Assembly: GCA_965214775.1 (NCBI GenBank)
Contig: OZ243974.1
Location: 1 to 64,000, forward strand
Reading direction: 5' to 3'
Source: Nitrosopumilus sp.
Lineage (GTDB): Archaea > Thermoproteota > Nitrososphaeria > Nitrososphaerales > Nitrosopumilaceae
DNA: 64,000 bases
Shown: positions 10,042 through 19,045 of the stretch, one piece after another
Layout of the letters: each line of letters begins with the position of its first letter
Numbering within the stretch: the stretch's first letter is position 1
Made by a program: the position numbers and the translations under genes
Notes under the pieces: generated by a model
What the model was told of the DNA's origin: nothing
Databases searched by the model: none
Seen by the model: only the letters and a program-made list of their open reading frames with translations

Positions 10042-11130
10042 TATGTTGTACTCTGTTATTAGATCGTATGTCACACGATTGTCAAGTACATCACAAACAG
10101 CATTATGATCTGAAGACGGAAGTCCACCACTTATGTTTACTACATCCGCGCCGTTTAGGAGGGCATGGTCCAATCCATGAGCCAAACCTGCCGCACTCTT
10201 ATCAATTTTAATGTCCAAAAGTTCCACGCCGGGGGCGATTCCGTTGTGTTCCGGCAGTCCGGACGCGGCAAGAACCTGCGCCACTCGTGTTCCGTGGGAC
10301 GTAGTACTGTGATATGGCGATTCAGTGCCAACCGCATGTTCGGCAGTACTCTGACGGCATCCCGTATTGCTGCACACAACATGCTCAAGTACTCTTTCGC
10401 CAAACGCGGTACCGTGATTGATGCCGGTATCGAGCACCCCCACCACTATGCCAGAGCCGTTGAGACTCCTCCCAACTGCGGTGCGCACGTCGTCGGGGTT
10501 TGTTCTTTGGCGACTGCCATGTTTTCGGGGCCCGCGAGACTCCTCCCAACTGCGGTGCGCACGTCGTCGGGGGTCGCCCGTATGGTCTGACGCGCAATAT
10601 CCACCTCCGAGACCACCGGAAGCTCCCCGTCTCCGAGTCGGTACGCCTCGTCATGTAGCGAGAATCCAGGAATGTCCGCTACAGGAATAGATGCGGTTAC
10701 AAAGGAGAGCGAACCGGCAGGCGTGATGTCGCGTGCACCTGCAATCTTGATCCTCTTTACAATCGCGTCCTTGTTCTCCTTTGCAGTCTCGTCTGGATCC
10801 CTTGCATCCCCGTCATCCCTGCTGACTACGATTATCACGTTGTAGTATCTCGTGCCGTCGTATACGCCGGGATCGCCGGGCTGCGGTTCCTCCGTTATTA
10901 GGTTCCGGATCTTGTCATAAAAGCCGTCATCGAACTTGTGTTGGTGGACATCGACGTTTGCAACCGGCCTAGGCGCCGTGTTATTTCCGGGCAGGATGTC
11001 GCCCGGTATGCTGCCAGAATGCGCCGAGCCCGCATCATTCTGTGCTGTCTGCGACATGGAGACTGCCGGAGGAACAAGGAGAACCGCCTAGAATAATGCC
11101 ATGAGAAGAATCGCCGTTCTGATAATCACA
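10042..11130 (-). pseudogene. Secreted S8 (subtilisin-like) serine protease pseudogene
   Basis: Signal peptide with internal TAG, prodomain, catalytic VLDTG and SHGTRVA motifs; 74-bp frameshifting insertion; truncated by IS5 before the catalytic Ser. Confidence 0.85.
10462..10572. repeat. 37-bp direct repeat - 37-bp insert - 37-bp direct repeat
   Basis: gagactcctcccaactgcggtgcgcacgtcgtcgggg at 10462-10498 and 10536-10572. Confidence 0.92.
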
Positions 11131-11318
11131 ATACCCTAGTGGGAACTTTAATTCATTTAACACTTACGATCCGGGTTGGCGATTGTAGGATCCAAAAAGT
11201 AGTTCGTCCCCCCCTTATCTGACATCATACTCCTCCCCTGTCTGCCCGTCAATAACGGTTTCACCCTCCTTGGGCATCTTTCTGAGAAATGCCTGCGCGG
11301 GCGTCTCCTGGTTGTCCT

Positions 11319-11448
11319 GAGGTTGTTTCCTAATTCCACCTGCCTGACTCAATCTGTATGTTTTTCTGAATTTTCGGCCCTTTGCACGCCTGATCCATGT
11401 AACGTCTTGACGGTTTTCAGGAATTCTGGCAAATTAGGAAACAACCCC
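11319..11448. mobile_element. MITE family M3 (130 bp, TIR ~GGGGTTGTCGCCTAATT)
   Basis: TIR gaggttgtttcctaatt / aattaggaaacaacccc; same length and body as the copies at 27967 and 45253. Confidence 0.85.
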
Positions 11449-11521
11449 GGTAGCAGGAGAGACGTTGTTGGCAATGGGCTTACTGAAATGGGATATGCGG
11501 TCATTTGCCCCCAACCAACTG

Positions 11522-11609
11522 TAGTTCGCACATCAAAAAATGGATCATAGTTTTGTCACATCGTGTCTGTTTTGACACAAAAGTGTTTGACTTTCAACTG
11601 TGCGTATTA
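11522..11609. mobile_element. MITE family M6 (88 bp, TA ends, IS630/Tc1-like)
   Basis: Reverse complement aligns with 42213-42300 and 48919-48981; ends ~TAGTGCGCACA. Confidence 0.75.
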
Positions 11610-11718
11610 TGAGAAGGACTTTGCATGTGATCATGATTTTCATGCCTGGCGTGATGACGTGGATCCGTATCTTAGAATTCCGTCTAGAATTATATTTGCA
11701 ACAGCCTCTTGTATTACA

Positions 11719-12891
11719 ATGCACGCCAAGAATCCCTTTACGCCCGGCGCAGGACTGCCCCCGCCGTACCTTGCAGGCAGGGACGGCGAGCTGAAGGAAT
11801 TTTCGCGTATGTTGCAGTCCATAAAGGACGGAGGAGTTGAAAACGCCATGATTCACGGTGTCCGAGGGGTGGGAAAGACTGTCTTGCTGCTAGAGCTTTG
11901 TCAGATCTGTTTGAACGAGGGGTTTCTTCCAGTACTGAACCTGAAATTTGACAGGTCGCATTCGGATCCCAAGACATTCTTGAAAATTATTCATGCATGT
12001 ATGGAGCGCGAGCTGGACGATGTGTCAAGGATGATCAAAATAAAAAACAGGGTCAGAAAAATCGGCAAATATGTAAAGCCCAAGACAGTCGAGATAGCCG
12101 GAGTTTCATACAGTCCCATGTATGATTCAGACGATGACCTGCCCATCGAAATGAAGCTTGTAAGATACCTCTCAGATGTATGGAAGTCACTTGAAGGCAG
12201 CGGATTTCACGGTGTCGTGCTTTTGTTTGACGAGTTTCATTCTGTAAAGGATGAGAACGGATGCACTACCTTGGGAAGCCTTATCGGGGCAATCAACGAG
12301 CTGCAGATAAAAAAATACAGATACTCGCTAATCCTGTGCGGTCTTCCCCCCATGATCTCCAACGTCAAAAAGGCCAGATCCTATTCTGAGAGGATGTTTG
12401 GATTATCCATAAGGCTGTCCAGTCTTGATGACGGCGACGCAGAGATGGCCATATCAGAACCTCTAAGAGACACACCATGGAGGTTCTCCAAATCCTTGAT
12501 ATCTGTAATACTAAAGGACAGCTGCGGATACCCGTACTTTATCCAGTTCATATCCAAGCAGATCATAGATCTGGTAGGCAAGCAGGATATTACAGTAGAT
12601 GACTATCTGGGCGTCCGCGATTTAATAATGCAAAAGCTCGGGGATAGTTTTTTTGTACAGCGCATGGAATCGCTGAGTGTTGGACAGAGGGACGTACTTT
12701 ACGCAATGGCCTCTGTGCCAGACGAGTACGTGGACTTTACTACAATATGTGAAAAGGTAGGCATGAGCAAGGCAACCATACAAACCCATCTGAGGCGCCT
12801 AGATGAGAAAGGCATGGTGTATAGAAAGGAGCGTGGAAGATACCAGTTTTCTATGCCCCTGCTAAGAGAGTATCTTAACGAATTCAAGTGA
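11719..12891 (+). CDS. STAND-like/AAA_16 P-loop ATPase with C-terminal winged HTH
   Basis: NPFTPGAG..P..LAGR, Walker A GVRGVGKT, Walker B LLFDEFH, GYPYFIQ, C-terminal HTH. The ORF-track start 11563 lies in a MITE; ATG 11719 follows a TATA-like element. Confidence 0.88.
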   Translation: MHAKNPFTPGAGLPPPYLAGRDGELKEFSRMLQSIKDGGVENAMIHGVRGVGKTVLLLELCQICLNEGFLPVLNLKFDRSHSDPKTFLKIIHACMERELDDVSRMIKIKNRVRKIGKYVKPKTVEIAGVSYSPMYDSDDDLPIEMKLVRYLSDVWKSLEGSGFHGVVLLFDEFHSVKDENGCTTLGSLIGAINELQIKKYRYSLILCGLPPMISNVKKARSYSERMFGLSIRLSSLDDGDAEMAISEPLRDTPWRFSKSLISVILKDSCGYPYFIQFISKQIIDLVGKQDITVDDYLGVRDLIMQKLGDSFFVQRMESLSVGQRDVLYAMASVPDEYVDFTTICEKVGMSKATIQTHLRRLDEKGMVYRKERGRYQFSMPLLREYLNEFK

Positions 12892-12906
12892 TGGACTGAT
12901 CCTCAT

Positions 12907-13102
12907 AGTTGTCAAAGTTGTCAAAATCCACGCCCAAACTGCCAGACCGGGGCGACGATGTCAGGCGTAAAGTTGTCAAAGTTGTCAAAATCCACGCCCA
13001 AACTGCCAGACCGGGGCGACGATGTCAGGCGTAAAGTTGTCAAAGTTGTCAAAATCCACGCCCAAACTGCCAGACCGGGGCGACGATGTCAGGCGTAAAG
13101 TT
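12907..13102. repeat. Three perfect 64-bp tandem repeats
   Basis: Units start at 12907, 12971 and 13035; each begins agttgtcaaagttgtcaaa. Confidence 0.95.
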
Positions 13103-13226
13103 ATAGTGATCTGGAGTAACAGGTCGAACTTTGGAAGTTCAGGCACAAATTTTGCTACTATTGAATACCGATCAAACAGGATTTGTACCTGAAATCAGAA
13201 GCGATTTCCAGAACCCGATCAGTTAC

Positions 13227-13414
13227 CGTTTTTCTGAACTTCCGCCCTTTTGCATGCCTGATCGTAGGAGTTTACCCCTCACCTGAGATACGGCGGGTCA
13301 GGCGTGATCATGAAGGTTCCAGACAGCAGGACGCCTAAGGGGTAAACTCGTACTGCCTGATCATATGGCATCCCAACGGTTTTCAGGAATTATGGTGAGC
13401 TGGGAGACAACCCT
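13227..13414. mobile_element. Partial M3 MITE interrupted by an M1 MITE
   Basis: Matches the internal part and right end of 27967-28096. Confidence 0.7.
13264..13353. mobile_element. MITE family M1 (90 bp, IS66-type TIR GTA.GAGTTTACCCCT)
   Basis: TIR shared with the IS66 at 49908; 9-bp TSD tgcctgatc at 13255-13263 and 13354-13362. Confidence 0.9.
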
Positions 13415-13443
13415 CGGCAGGAGAACAACGATGAAGACGAAAT

Positions 13444-14469
13444 CTAGGACGCAGGAACTGTTTCTTCCAAGGTGAAATTGCTTTCAACGAAATATTCGAC
13501 TCTGGTTTTCTTGAATTCACGGGAGCTGAACAAAATTCGATAGTCGTCTATGCAGATTTGGTCCCGTATGGTTTTTGCCATTTCGTTGGCCTCATCATGG
13601 GTCTTGCAATGGATCATTGAAAAAACATTGTATGGCCAGTCAGGATATGTCGGACGCTCATAGCAGTGACTGACTTGTGGAAACGCACCTAGTTTTGCAC
13701 CAACCTCCGGGATTTTATATTCGGGAACCTTCCAGACGATCATTCCATTAGCTGTGAACCCGACCTGCCTGTGCCTCAGTATTGCGGCAAATCGTCTCAT
13801 CACCCCAATCTCTTCATAATATCTTATTTTTTCAAACAGCTCGTTTTCCGTAATCCCAAGATTATTTGCGGCCCTGAGAAAAGGCTCGTCAATAATTTCC
13901 ATGTCCTTTTGGAGTTCTCTAACAAAGTCCTTGTCTTCTTCAGTAGGCTCAAACTTTACACTCTTGATTTGCTTTTTCTCCTCTGTCGGAGCGACTTTGT
14001 GTTTTTTCTCATCTATCATATCCAGCTTGACGCCAATTTTGAACAATTGCAGCGTAGGAAGCATTCTAACCTTTTTGATTCCCTTAAGAGCGCCGAACTT
14101 GTCCAATTCGGTCTTTAGATCAGAGCCGGGAGGAACTGCCAGGGTGAACCAGAGATTAAACTCATGATCACGCTCATAGTTATGGCTTACGCCAGGATGG
14201 CGGTTAATTTGACTTGCAACATATTCCAACCTGTCAGGAACGATCTCCATTGCAACAAGCGAACTGGTATAACCTAATTTACGAGTGTCAAAAATTGCGC
14301 TGAGCTGCCGCAAAACTCCGATCTCCTTGAGGCGGCACAGTCTTTCTTTTACCATAGATGCAGTTGTATCAAACTTTTCTGCAATGGCATCAAAAGGCCT
14401 TGTAACCAGGGGAAAAGTCCATTGAATTTCATTGAGCAGTTCCTTGTCCAGTTCATCCAGGGAGGTCAT
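13444..14469 (-). CDS. ahbAB: Siroheme decarboxylase AhbA-AhbB fusion (Lrp/AsnC-like, NirDL type)
   Basis: Two Lrp-like halves with VSHNYER and VSHCYERP..WPYNVFSMIH; divergent from sirC-hemA-hemB. Confidence 0.88.
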   Translation of the reverse strand: MTSLDELDKELLNEIQWTFPLVTRPFDAIAEKFDTTASMVKERLCRLKEIGVLRQLSAIFDTRKLGYTSSLVAMEIVPDRLEYVASQINRHPGVSHNYERDHEFNLWFTLAVPPGSDLKTELDKFGALKGIKKVRMLPTLQLFKIGVKLDMIDEKKHKVAPTEEKKQIKSVKFEPTEEDKDFVRELQKDMEIIDEPFLRAANNLGITENELFEKIRYYEEIGVMRRFAAILRHRQVGFTANGMIVWKVPEYKIPEVGAKLGAFPQVSHCYERPTYPDWPYNVFSMIHCKTHDEANEMAKTIRDQICIDDYRILFSSREFKKTRVEYFVESNFTLEETVPAS

Positions 14470-14513
14470 ATCAGAATTACTTGTCTTTTCAATTAAAAAC
14501 GTAGCTGGAAATC

Positions 14514-14634
14514 CAGTCTTCTCAGAAGTAACCGACTCGTGGCGGTGCAGGAGCCGACATGCGGATCTGCAGGCATCCTCATCTGAATTGTTTCGAGCCT
14601 GGGATAATTTGATGCGGTACTTCAGGGAAGACTG
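14514..14634. mobile_element. MITE family M4
   Basis: TIR cagtcttctcagaagta / tacttcagggaagactg; flanks aaatc/aagtc. Confidence 0.85.
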
Positions 14635-14687
14635 AAGTCGATCGTTGATTTTTAATAAATAAATAGGAATTGAGTAAGAGTCGATCG

Positions 14688-15344
14688 TTGATAGTCAACC
14701 TCAATCTCCAAAACAAAAACGTCATAGTGGTCGGAGGAGGAAGAGAGTCTGAGAAAAGAATCGCCTTGCTCTTAAAAGAGGAATGCCGGCAGATAACGGT
14801 ATTTGCAACCAAGACAAGCCCGTCAATTGACAAACTGGCAAAAAGCAAGAAGATCAAAGTCAGGAAACAGAAAATTTCAGATACAAAGTTTATCGTTCAA
14901 ACAAGGCCGGATTTGATCATTACTGCCACAGATGATAAAAAAATCAACGAGATGATCATCAAGGACGCAAAAAAGAGGAGAATCATAGTCTATAGCGCAG
15001 ATGATCCGGAGCAGAGTGATTTTGCAAATCCGGCAATAATTGACTTTGAAAGGATCGTCCAGATAGCGATTTTTACCGGCGGACAAAGCCCAGCTATGGC
15101 AAGAAAAATAAGGGCAGAGTCTGAGAAAATTTTCAAAAAAACCATCAAAAAAGAGGACATTGGGCAGATCAAGGTTCAAAATATCGCAAGAAAAAAGGCA
15201 AAAGACGCCATACCGAATCAGCTGGACAGAAGACGTTTCCTACGCAGCATCACACGAGACAAAGGCATTGATCAGTTAATAAAAGACGGCCAGCTGAAAA
15301 AGGCTGAAAGGCGGGCAACAAGAATGCTGAGAGATTGGAAATGA
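14688..15344 (+). CDS. sirC: Precorrin-2 dehydrogenase/sirohydrochlorin ferrochelatase (SirC/Met8/CysG-N)
   Basis: VIVVGGG, TATDD, DDPEQSDF.NPA, IFTGGQSPAMAR. Alternative start TTG 14670. Confidence 0.9.
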   Translation: MIVNLNLQNKNVIVVGGGRESEKRIALLLKEECRQITVFATKTSPSIDKLAKSKKIKVRKQKISDTKFIVQTRPDLIITATDDKKINEMIIKDAKKRRIIVYSADDPEQSDFANPAIIDFERIVQIAIFTGGQSPAMARKIRAESEKIFKKTIKKEDIGQIKVQNIARKKAKDAIPNQLDRRRFLRSITRDKGIDQLIKDGQLKKAERRATRMLRDWK

Positions 15345-16612
15345 ATCAAAATATCATCAACGCACGTGTGACCTTTCGTAACTGCCCAATTCACATCCTA
15401 GAGCAGTTTACCATCAAGGATATTGATGGGGCATATGAAAAGTTCAAAAAAGAGTCAGGGCTAGACGAGTGCGTAATCATTCAAACATGCAACAGAATCG
15501 AGTTGTTTGGAAAACTAAGATCAGGCGATCTTGAGAAGGTTAAAAAAACCTGGGCAGAACTTGCCGGATTGGAAGAAGAGGTATTCAGAGAGAATGTGGA
15601 GTTTGTAGAGAATCAAGAGGCGTTTTATCACCTGCTGAAACTCACTTCAGGGCTAGATTCGATGGTCTTGGGGGAGGAGCAGATCCTGGGCCAAATTAAA
15701 AAGTCAATCACGTCGGCAAGACAAGCCAGGGCATCAGGACAGCACCTCAACACTTTGTTTGACAAGGCAATTCGGATCGGGGCAAGAATCAGAAACTCCA
15801 GCGGCATTGGCAAAGGGGGGGTTTCCGTAGGCTCAATGGCAGTAAAACTTGCAGAGGAAAACATCGACAGGTTAAAGACAAAGAAGACGCTGATGATCGG
15901 AACAGGAGAAGCCTCGACGCTTGTGGCAAAGTCGTTACAAAGGAGGGGGTATGCATTTGATGTCACAAGCAGGACCTTGGGAAGATCACAGACGTTTTGT
16001 GAGACCATGGGAGGAAATCCAGTCAAGTTTGAGGAGGTTCTTTCAAGATTTGAAGACTATGATGTGTTGTTTGTTGCAACAACTGCGCCATATTTTCTTG
16101 TTACATTTGATAGAATAACAGAGGCAATGAAAAAGAAGAAAAAGAGCGGAATGATGATTTTGGATTTGTCAAACCCAAGAACGGTGGATGAAAAAGTTGC
16201 AACGATAAGAGGAGTCAAGCTGATGAATCTGGATCAGATTGCAGAAATGATAGAAAAAAACATGACTGCCAGACAGAACAAGGCAAAAACCGTTGAAAAT
16301 ATAATCAGCGAGGAGGTATCCGTATTGGAGGCCTCGATGAAGAGACTGGATGCAGAACCGCTCGTAAAGGATGTCTTCAAAGACATAGATTCGCTTAGAG
16401 AAAAGGAGCTTCAAAAGGCACTCAACATGCTTGGCGAAAAGGATGAAAACAGAATCAGGATTATCGACGAGCTTACCAAGGCAGTGGTCGAAAGCATAGT
16501 ATCAACACCAATGAACAACATCAGAAAGGCTTCAGAGCAGGGCAATCCGGACATCATCGACGTGGCAGGCAAGCTGTTTGACTATAAAAAACAAAGACAT
16601 TCAGACTATTAG
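15341..16612 (+). CDS. hemA: Glutamyl-tRNA reductase
   Basis: QTCNRIE, SGLDSMVLGEEQILGQ, DLSNPR. Confidence 0.97.
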   Translation: MNQNIINARVTFRNCPIHILEQFTIKDIDGAYEKFKKESGLDECVIIQTCNRIELFGKLRSGDLEKVKKTWAELAGLEEEVFRENVEFVENQEAFYHLLKLTSGLDSMVLGEEQILGQIKKSITSARQARASGQHLNTLFDKAIRIGARIRNSSGIGKGGVSVGSMAVKLAEENIDRLKTKKTLMIGTGEASTLVAKSLQRRGYAFDVTSRTLGRSQTFCETMGGNPVKFEEVLSRFEDYDVLFVATTAPYFLVTFDRITEAMKKKKKSGMMILDLSNPRTVDEKVATIRGVKLMNLDQIAEMIEKNMTARQNKAKTVENIISEEVSVLEASMKRLDAEPLVKDVFKDIDSLREKELQKALNMLGEKDENRIRIIDELTKAVVESIVSTPMNNIRKASEQGNPDIIDVAGKLFDYKKQRHSDY

Positions 16613-16643
16613 GATTATATTTTACCCCAAGTGAATTTCTGAC

Positions 16644-17627
16644 ATGTCGTCATTTCCCACAAGGCGCCTGAGAAGACTGCGGATTTCAGAGAGTATGAGG
16701 GAGCTAGTACAGCAGACAGCAGTAACGCCAAAAGATTTCATCTGTCCCATATTTGTTCAAGAGGATCTGAAAGCCAGGGTCCGTGTGGAATCAATGGCCG
16801 AGATTGAGAGGCTTCCCTTGGAGGATGTAAATGGTGAAGTTGGGGCGATTAGCGATTTAGGAATTCCTGCAATCATGCTATTTGGCATTCCAAGCCAAAA
16901 GGACGAATGCGGTACGTCGGCTTTTGACGAAAACGGAATCGTCCAAAAAGCAATTTCGCAAATCAGGGAAAACTTTGGAGACAGGATGGTGATTATAGCA
17001 GACACCTGCCTGTGTCAGTTTACGTCCACAGGACATTGCGGGATAATCAAAGGGAACAAAGTCGACAATGATTCCAGCCTTGAGATTCTTGCAAAAACGG
17101 CAGTCAGCCAAGCCGGGGCAGGAGCAGACACAGTATCGCCATCAGCAATGATGGACGGCCAGGTAGCCGCAATCAGAAGAGCTCTAGATGAGAACGGATT
17201 TACTGACGTATCCATAATGTCACATTCTGCAAAACACAGATCAAGCTTTTATTCGCCATTCAGGGACGCGGCAGCCTGCGCGCCAAAATTCGGAGATAGA
17301 AAAACATACCAGGTCCCATACACCAATGGAAGGGAGGCAATGATGGAAGTAGAGTCCGACATCGGCGAGGGAGTAGACATTGTAATGATAAAACCGGCAT
17401 TGTCATACCTAGATTTAATTGCCGAAACAAGAAGAAGGTTCAATGTTCCGGTTGCAGCGTACAGCGTTTCAGGAGAATATGCGCTAGTCAAAGCGGCATC
17501 ACATCTAGGATATGTCAATGAGAAAGACATCACGCTGGAAGTCCTGCATTCAATAAAAAGGGCAGGGGCCGACATGATAGTAACATATTTTGCAAAATCA
17601 GCTTCAAGATTCATGCAGGAATCATGA
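16644..17627 (+). CDS. hemB: Porphobilinogen synthase
   Basis: CLCQFTSTGHCG, PSAMMDG, FYSPFRDA, IKPAL, AYSVSGEY. Confidence 0.97.
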   Translation: MSSFPTRRLRRLRISESMRELVQQTAVTPKDFICPIFVQEDLKARVRVESMAEIERLPLEDVNGEVGAISDLGIPAIMLFGIPSQKDECGTSAFDENGIVQKAISQIRENFGDRMVIIADTCLCQFTSTGHCGIIKGNKVDNDSSLEILAKTAVSQAGAGADTVSPSAMMDGQVAAIRRALDENGFTDVSIMSHSAKHRSSFYSPFRDAAACAPKFGDRKTYQVPYTNGREAMMEVESDIGEGVDIVMIKPALSYLDLIAETRRRFNVPVAAYSVSGEYALVKAASHLGYVNEKDITLEVLHSIKRAGADMIVTYFAKSASRFMQES

Positions 17628-17935
17628 GAAACGACGAACGGTTTGAAGTGGAAAGGGCATTTGATCTACTTCCTCACGTAATTGGTGCGAGCTGGGCATC
17701 AGTCTGGTTCAGAATGAAGGGAATCAAAAGGCCTTCAAGAGAGGAGTTTAGAGAAAAGACATTAGAGTTCCTAAAAAAGGCAGAGCCTGCCTTTGACGCA
17801 TACCCAGACGTGGAGGAGTTTGTGCCAATAAAAAAGTACATCGACTTTAGAAAAAATGAAGAATATGAAAAGATCACCTCTGGCCTCAACGCAGAGATCG
17901 AGAAGAGATATGACAGATACGTAGATTATGGCTGA
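17624..17935 (+). CDS. Hypothetical protein
   Basis: Overlaps the hemB stop (ATGA); host-like composition. Confidence 0.8.
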   Translation: MRNDERFEVERAFDLLPHVIGASWASVWFRMKGIKRPSREEFREKTLEFLKKAEPAFDAYPDVEEFVPIKKYIDFRKNEEYEKITSGLNAEIEKRYDRYVDYG

Positions 17936-18054
17936 ATTTCGTGCAGAAGCATCAATGATCCCTCAAACAATGATCCAACCAGTTTTGGACTGATGGATGA
18001 ATGGATGAATGGCCGACTTCCTGCAGATAAAATTGCAACCATCCAGACTGGCAG

Positions 18055-18145
18055 GTACGAGTTTATCCCTTAGGCGTCACTGCTGTCTGGAACCTTCATG
18101 ATCACGCCTGACCCGCCGTATCTCAGGTGAGGGATAAACTCCTAC
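18055..18145. mobile_element. MITE family M1; extra orphan IS66-type end at 18160-18177
   Basis: gtacgagtttatccct...agggataaactcctac; reverse complement of 13264-13353. Confidence 0.88.
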
Positions 18146-18229
18146 CGTCGTATTTTCGGGAGGGGGTAAACTCTTACGTTGGTTGGTTGGTAAATCGATA
18201 AAACTGGTTTTACTGTTTTCTGTCAGAAG

Positions 18230-18577
18230 TCAGGATTTTTCTTCTGTATCTTCATCAGGCCATTCTCTGCCATCATCTGGCGTGTGAGGGCCAAAGCCAA
18301 TCGAAATAGATCCACTATCACCTTCATTACTATATGTAACATGGGCGGGGCTCTTGGTACGGAGTAACTCAAGATAGTATGGTAATTTGGTTATAGGCTC
18401 TTTCAAGAGAAGGTCACTGTAGGAGTCACTCACACTAAAACTGATTTGACGGCAACTGCCACTAGACTCATCAAATAGTATCATCAATGTCTTACTCGCA
18501 TCCTCCCCCCATAGATTAATACCAACACCACGACCCGTTATAACGACATTATAATCAACAATTTCAAATGACTCCAT
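18230..18577 (-). CDS. Hypothetical cargo protein (115 aa)
   Basis: AT-rich intact ORF; no family recognised. Confidence 0.65.
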   Translation of the reverse strand: MESFEIVDYNVVITGRGVGINLWGEDASKTLMILFDESSGSCRQISFSVSDSYSDLLLKEPITKLPYYLELLRTKSPAHVTYSNEGDSGSISIGFGPHTPDDGREWPDEDTEEKS

Positions 18578-18587
18578 AACAAAAATC

Positions 18588-18680
18588 GTATGAGGTCACG
18601 TCCCCCTACTAGCTAGGCACGAAAATCATAATTGTACATGCCAATTCGTGCCTGATTGCTAGGGGTAGGTGACCACATAC
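18588..18680. mobile_element. MITE family M2 (93 bp, GTA...TAC ends)
   Basis: TIR gtatgaggtcac / gtgaccacatac; 8-bp TSD caaaaatc; copies at 26191 and 26497. Confidence 0.9.
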
Positions 18681-18724
18681 CAAAAATCCATTCTTATGTA
18701 AGTATAAAAAATGTTGGAATTGGC

Positions 18725-18768
18725 CGTTTTACCGGTAAAACGTTTTGAATGGTTTTACCGGTTAAACC
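18725..18768. promoter_or_regulatory. Two 18-bp palindromes (operator-like)
   Basis: cgttttaccggtaaaacg (perfect) and ggttttaccggttaaacc (one mismatch). Confidence 0.5.
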
Positions 18769-19045
18769 CTAATGCTGCAGGCTCAACCGTCAGCTCTCCC
18801 GTGAGAATCCCACGCATAAACTGGCCATGTGGCATCTTTGCATCAAATGCAGCCTTGCGGATCTTAGCATACTCCGTATCGGTAACCGGTACCGTGATTC
18901 TCTTTTTTGTTACTGCCTTGCGGCCGGTGGCCTGCTCATACTTGCTGTTCAACTCCGTCAACTGCTCTTCAAGCCTAGCTATCTTGCCTTCAAGGTGTTG
19001 GGTCTTCTCGGTGGTTTTCAACCCCTCAAGCAGCAGGTCAGTTAC
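18755..19045 (-). pseudogene. Coiled-coil + ribbon-helix-helix-like protein, 5' truncated by IS66
   Basis: KKRITVPVTDTEYAKIRKAA....HGQFMR has an RHH/MobC-like pattern. The ORF-track start lies inside the IS66 TIR. Confidence 0.55.

Noticed and set aside
11563-11718. N-terminal extension of the ATPase
   Set aside because: The start lies in MITE M6; the family motif begins at MHAKNPF (11719).
12907-13102. CRISPR array
   Set aside because: The units are fully identical with no variable spacers, and no cas genes are present.
6829-17627. Novel heme pathway (AhbAB with Cld/ChdC-like protein)
   Set aside because: Looks like the ordinary Nitrosopumilaceae backbone arrangement; nothing locus-specific seen.
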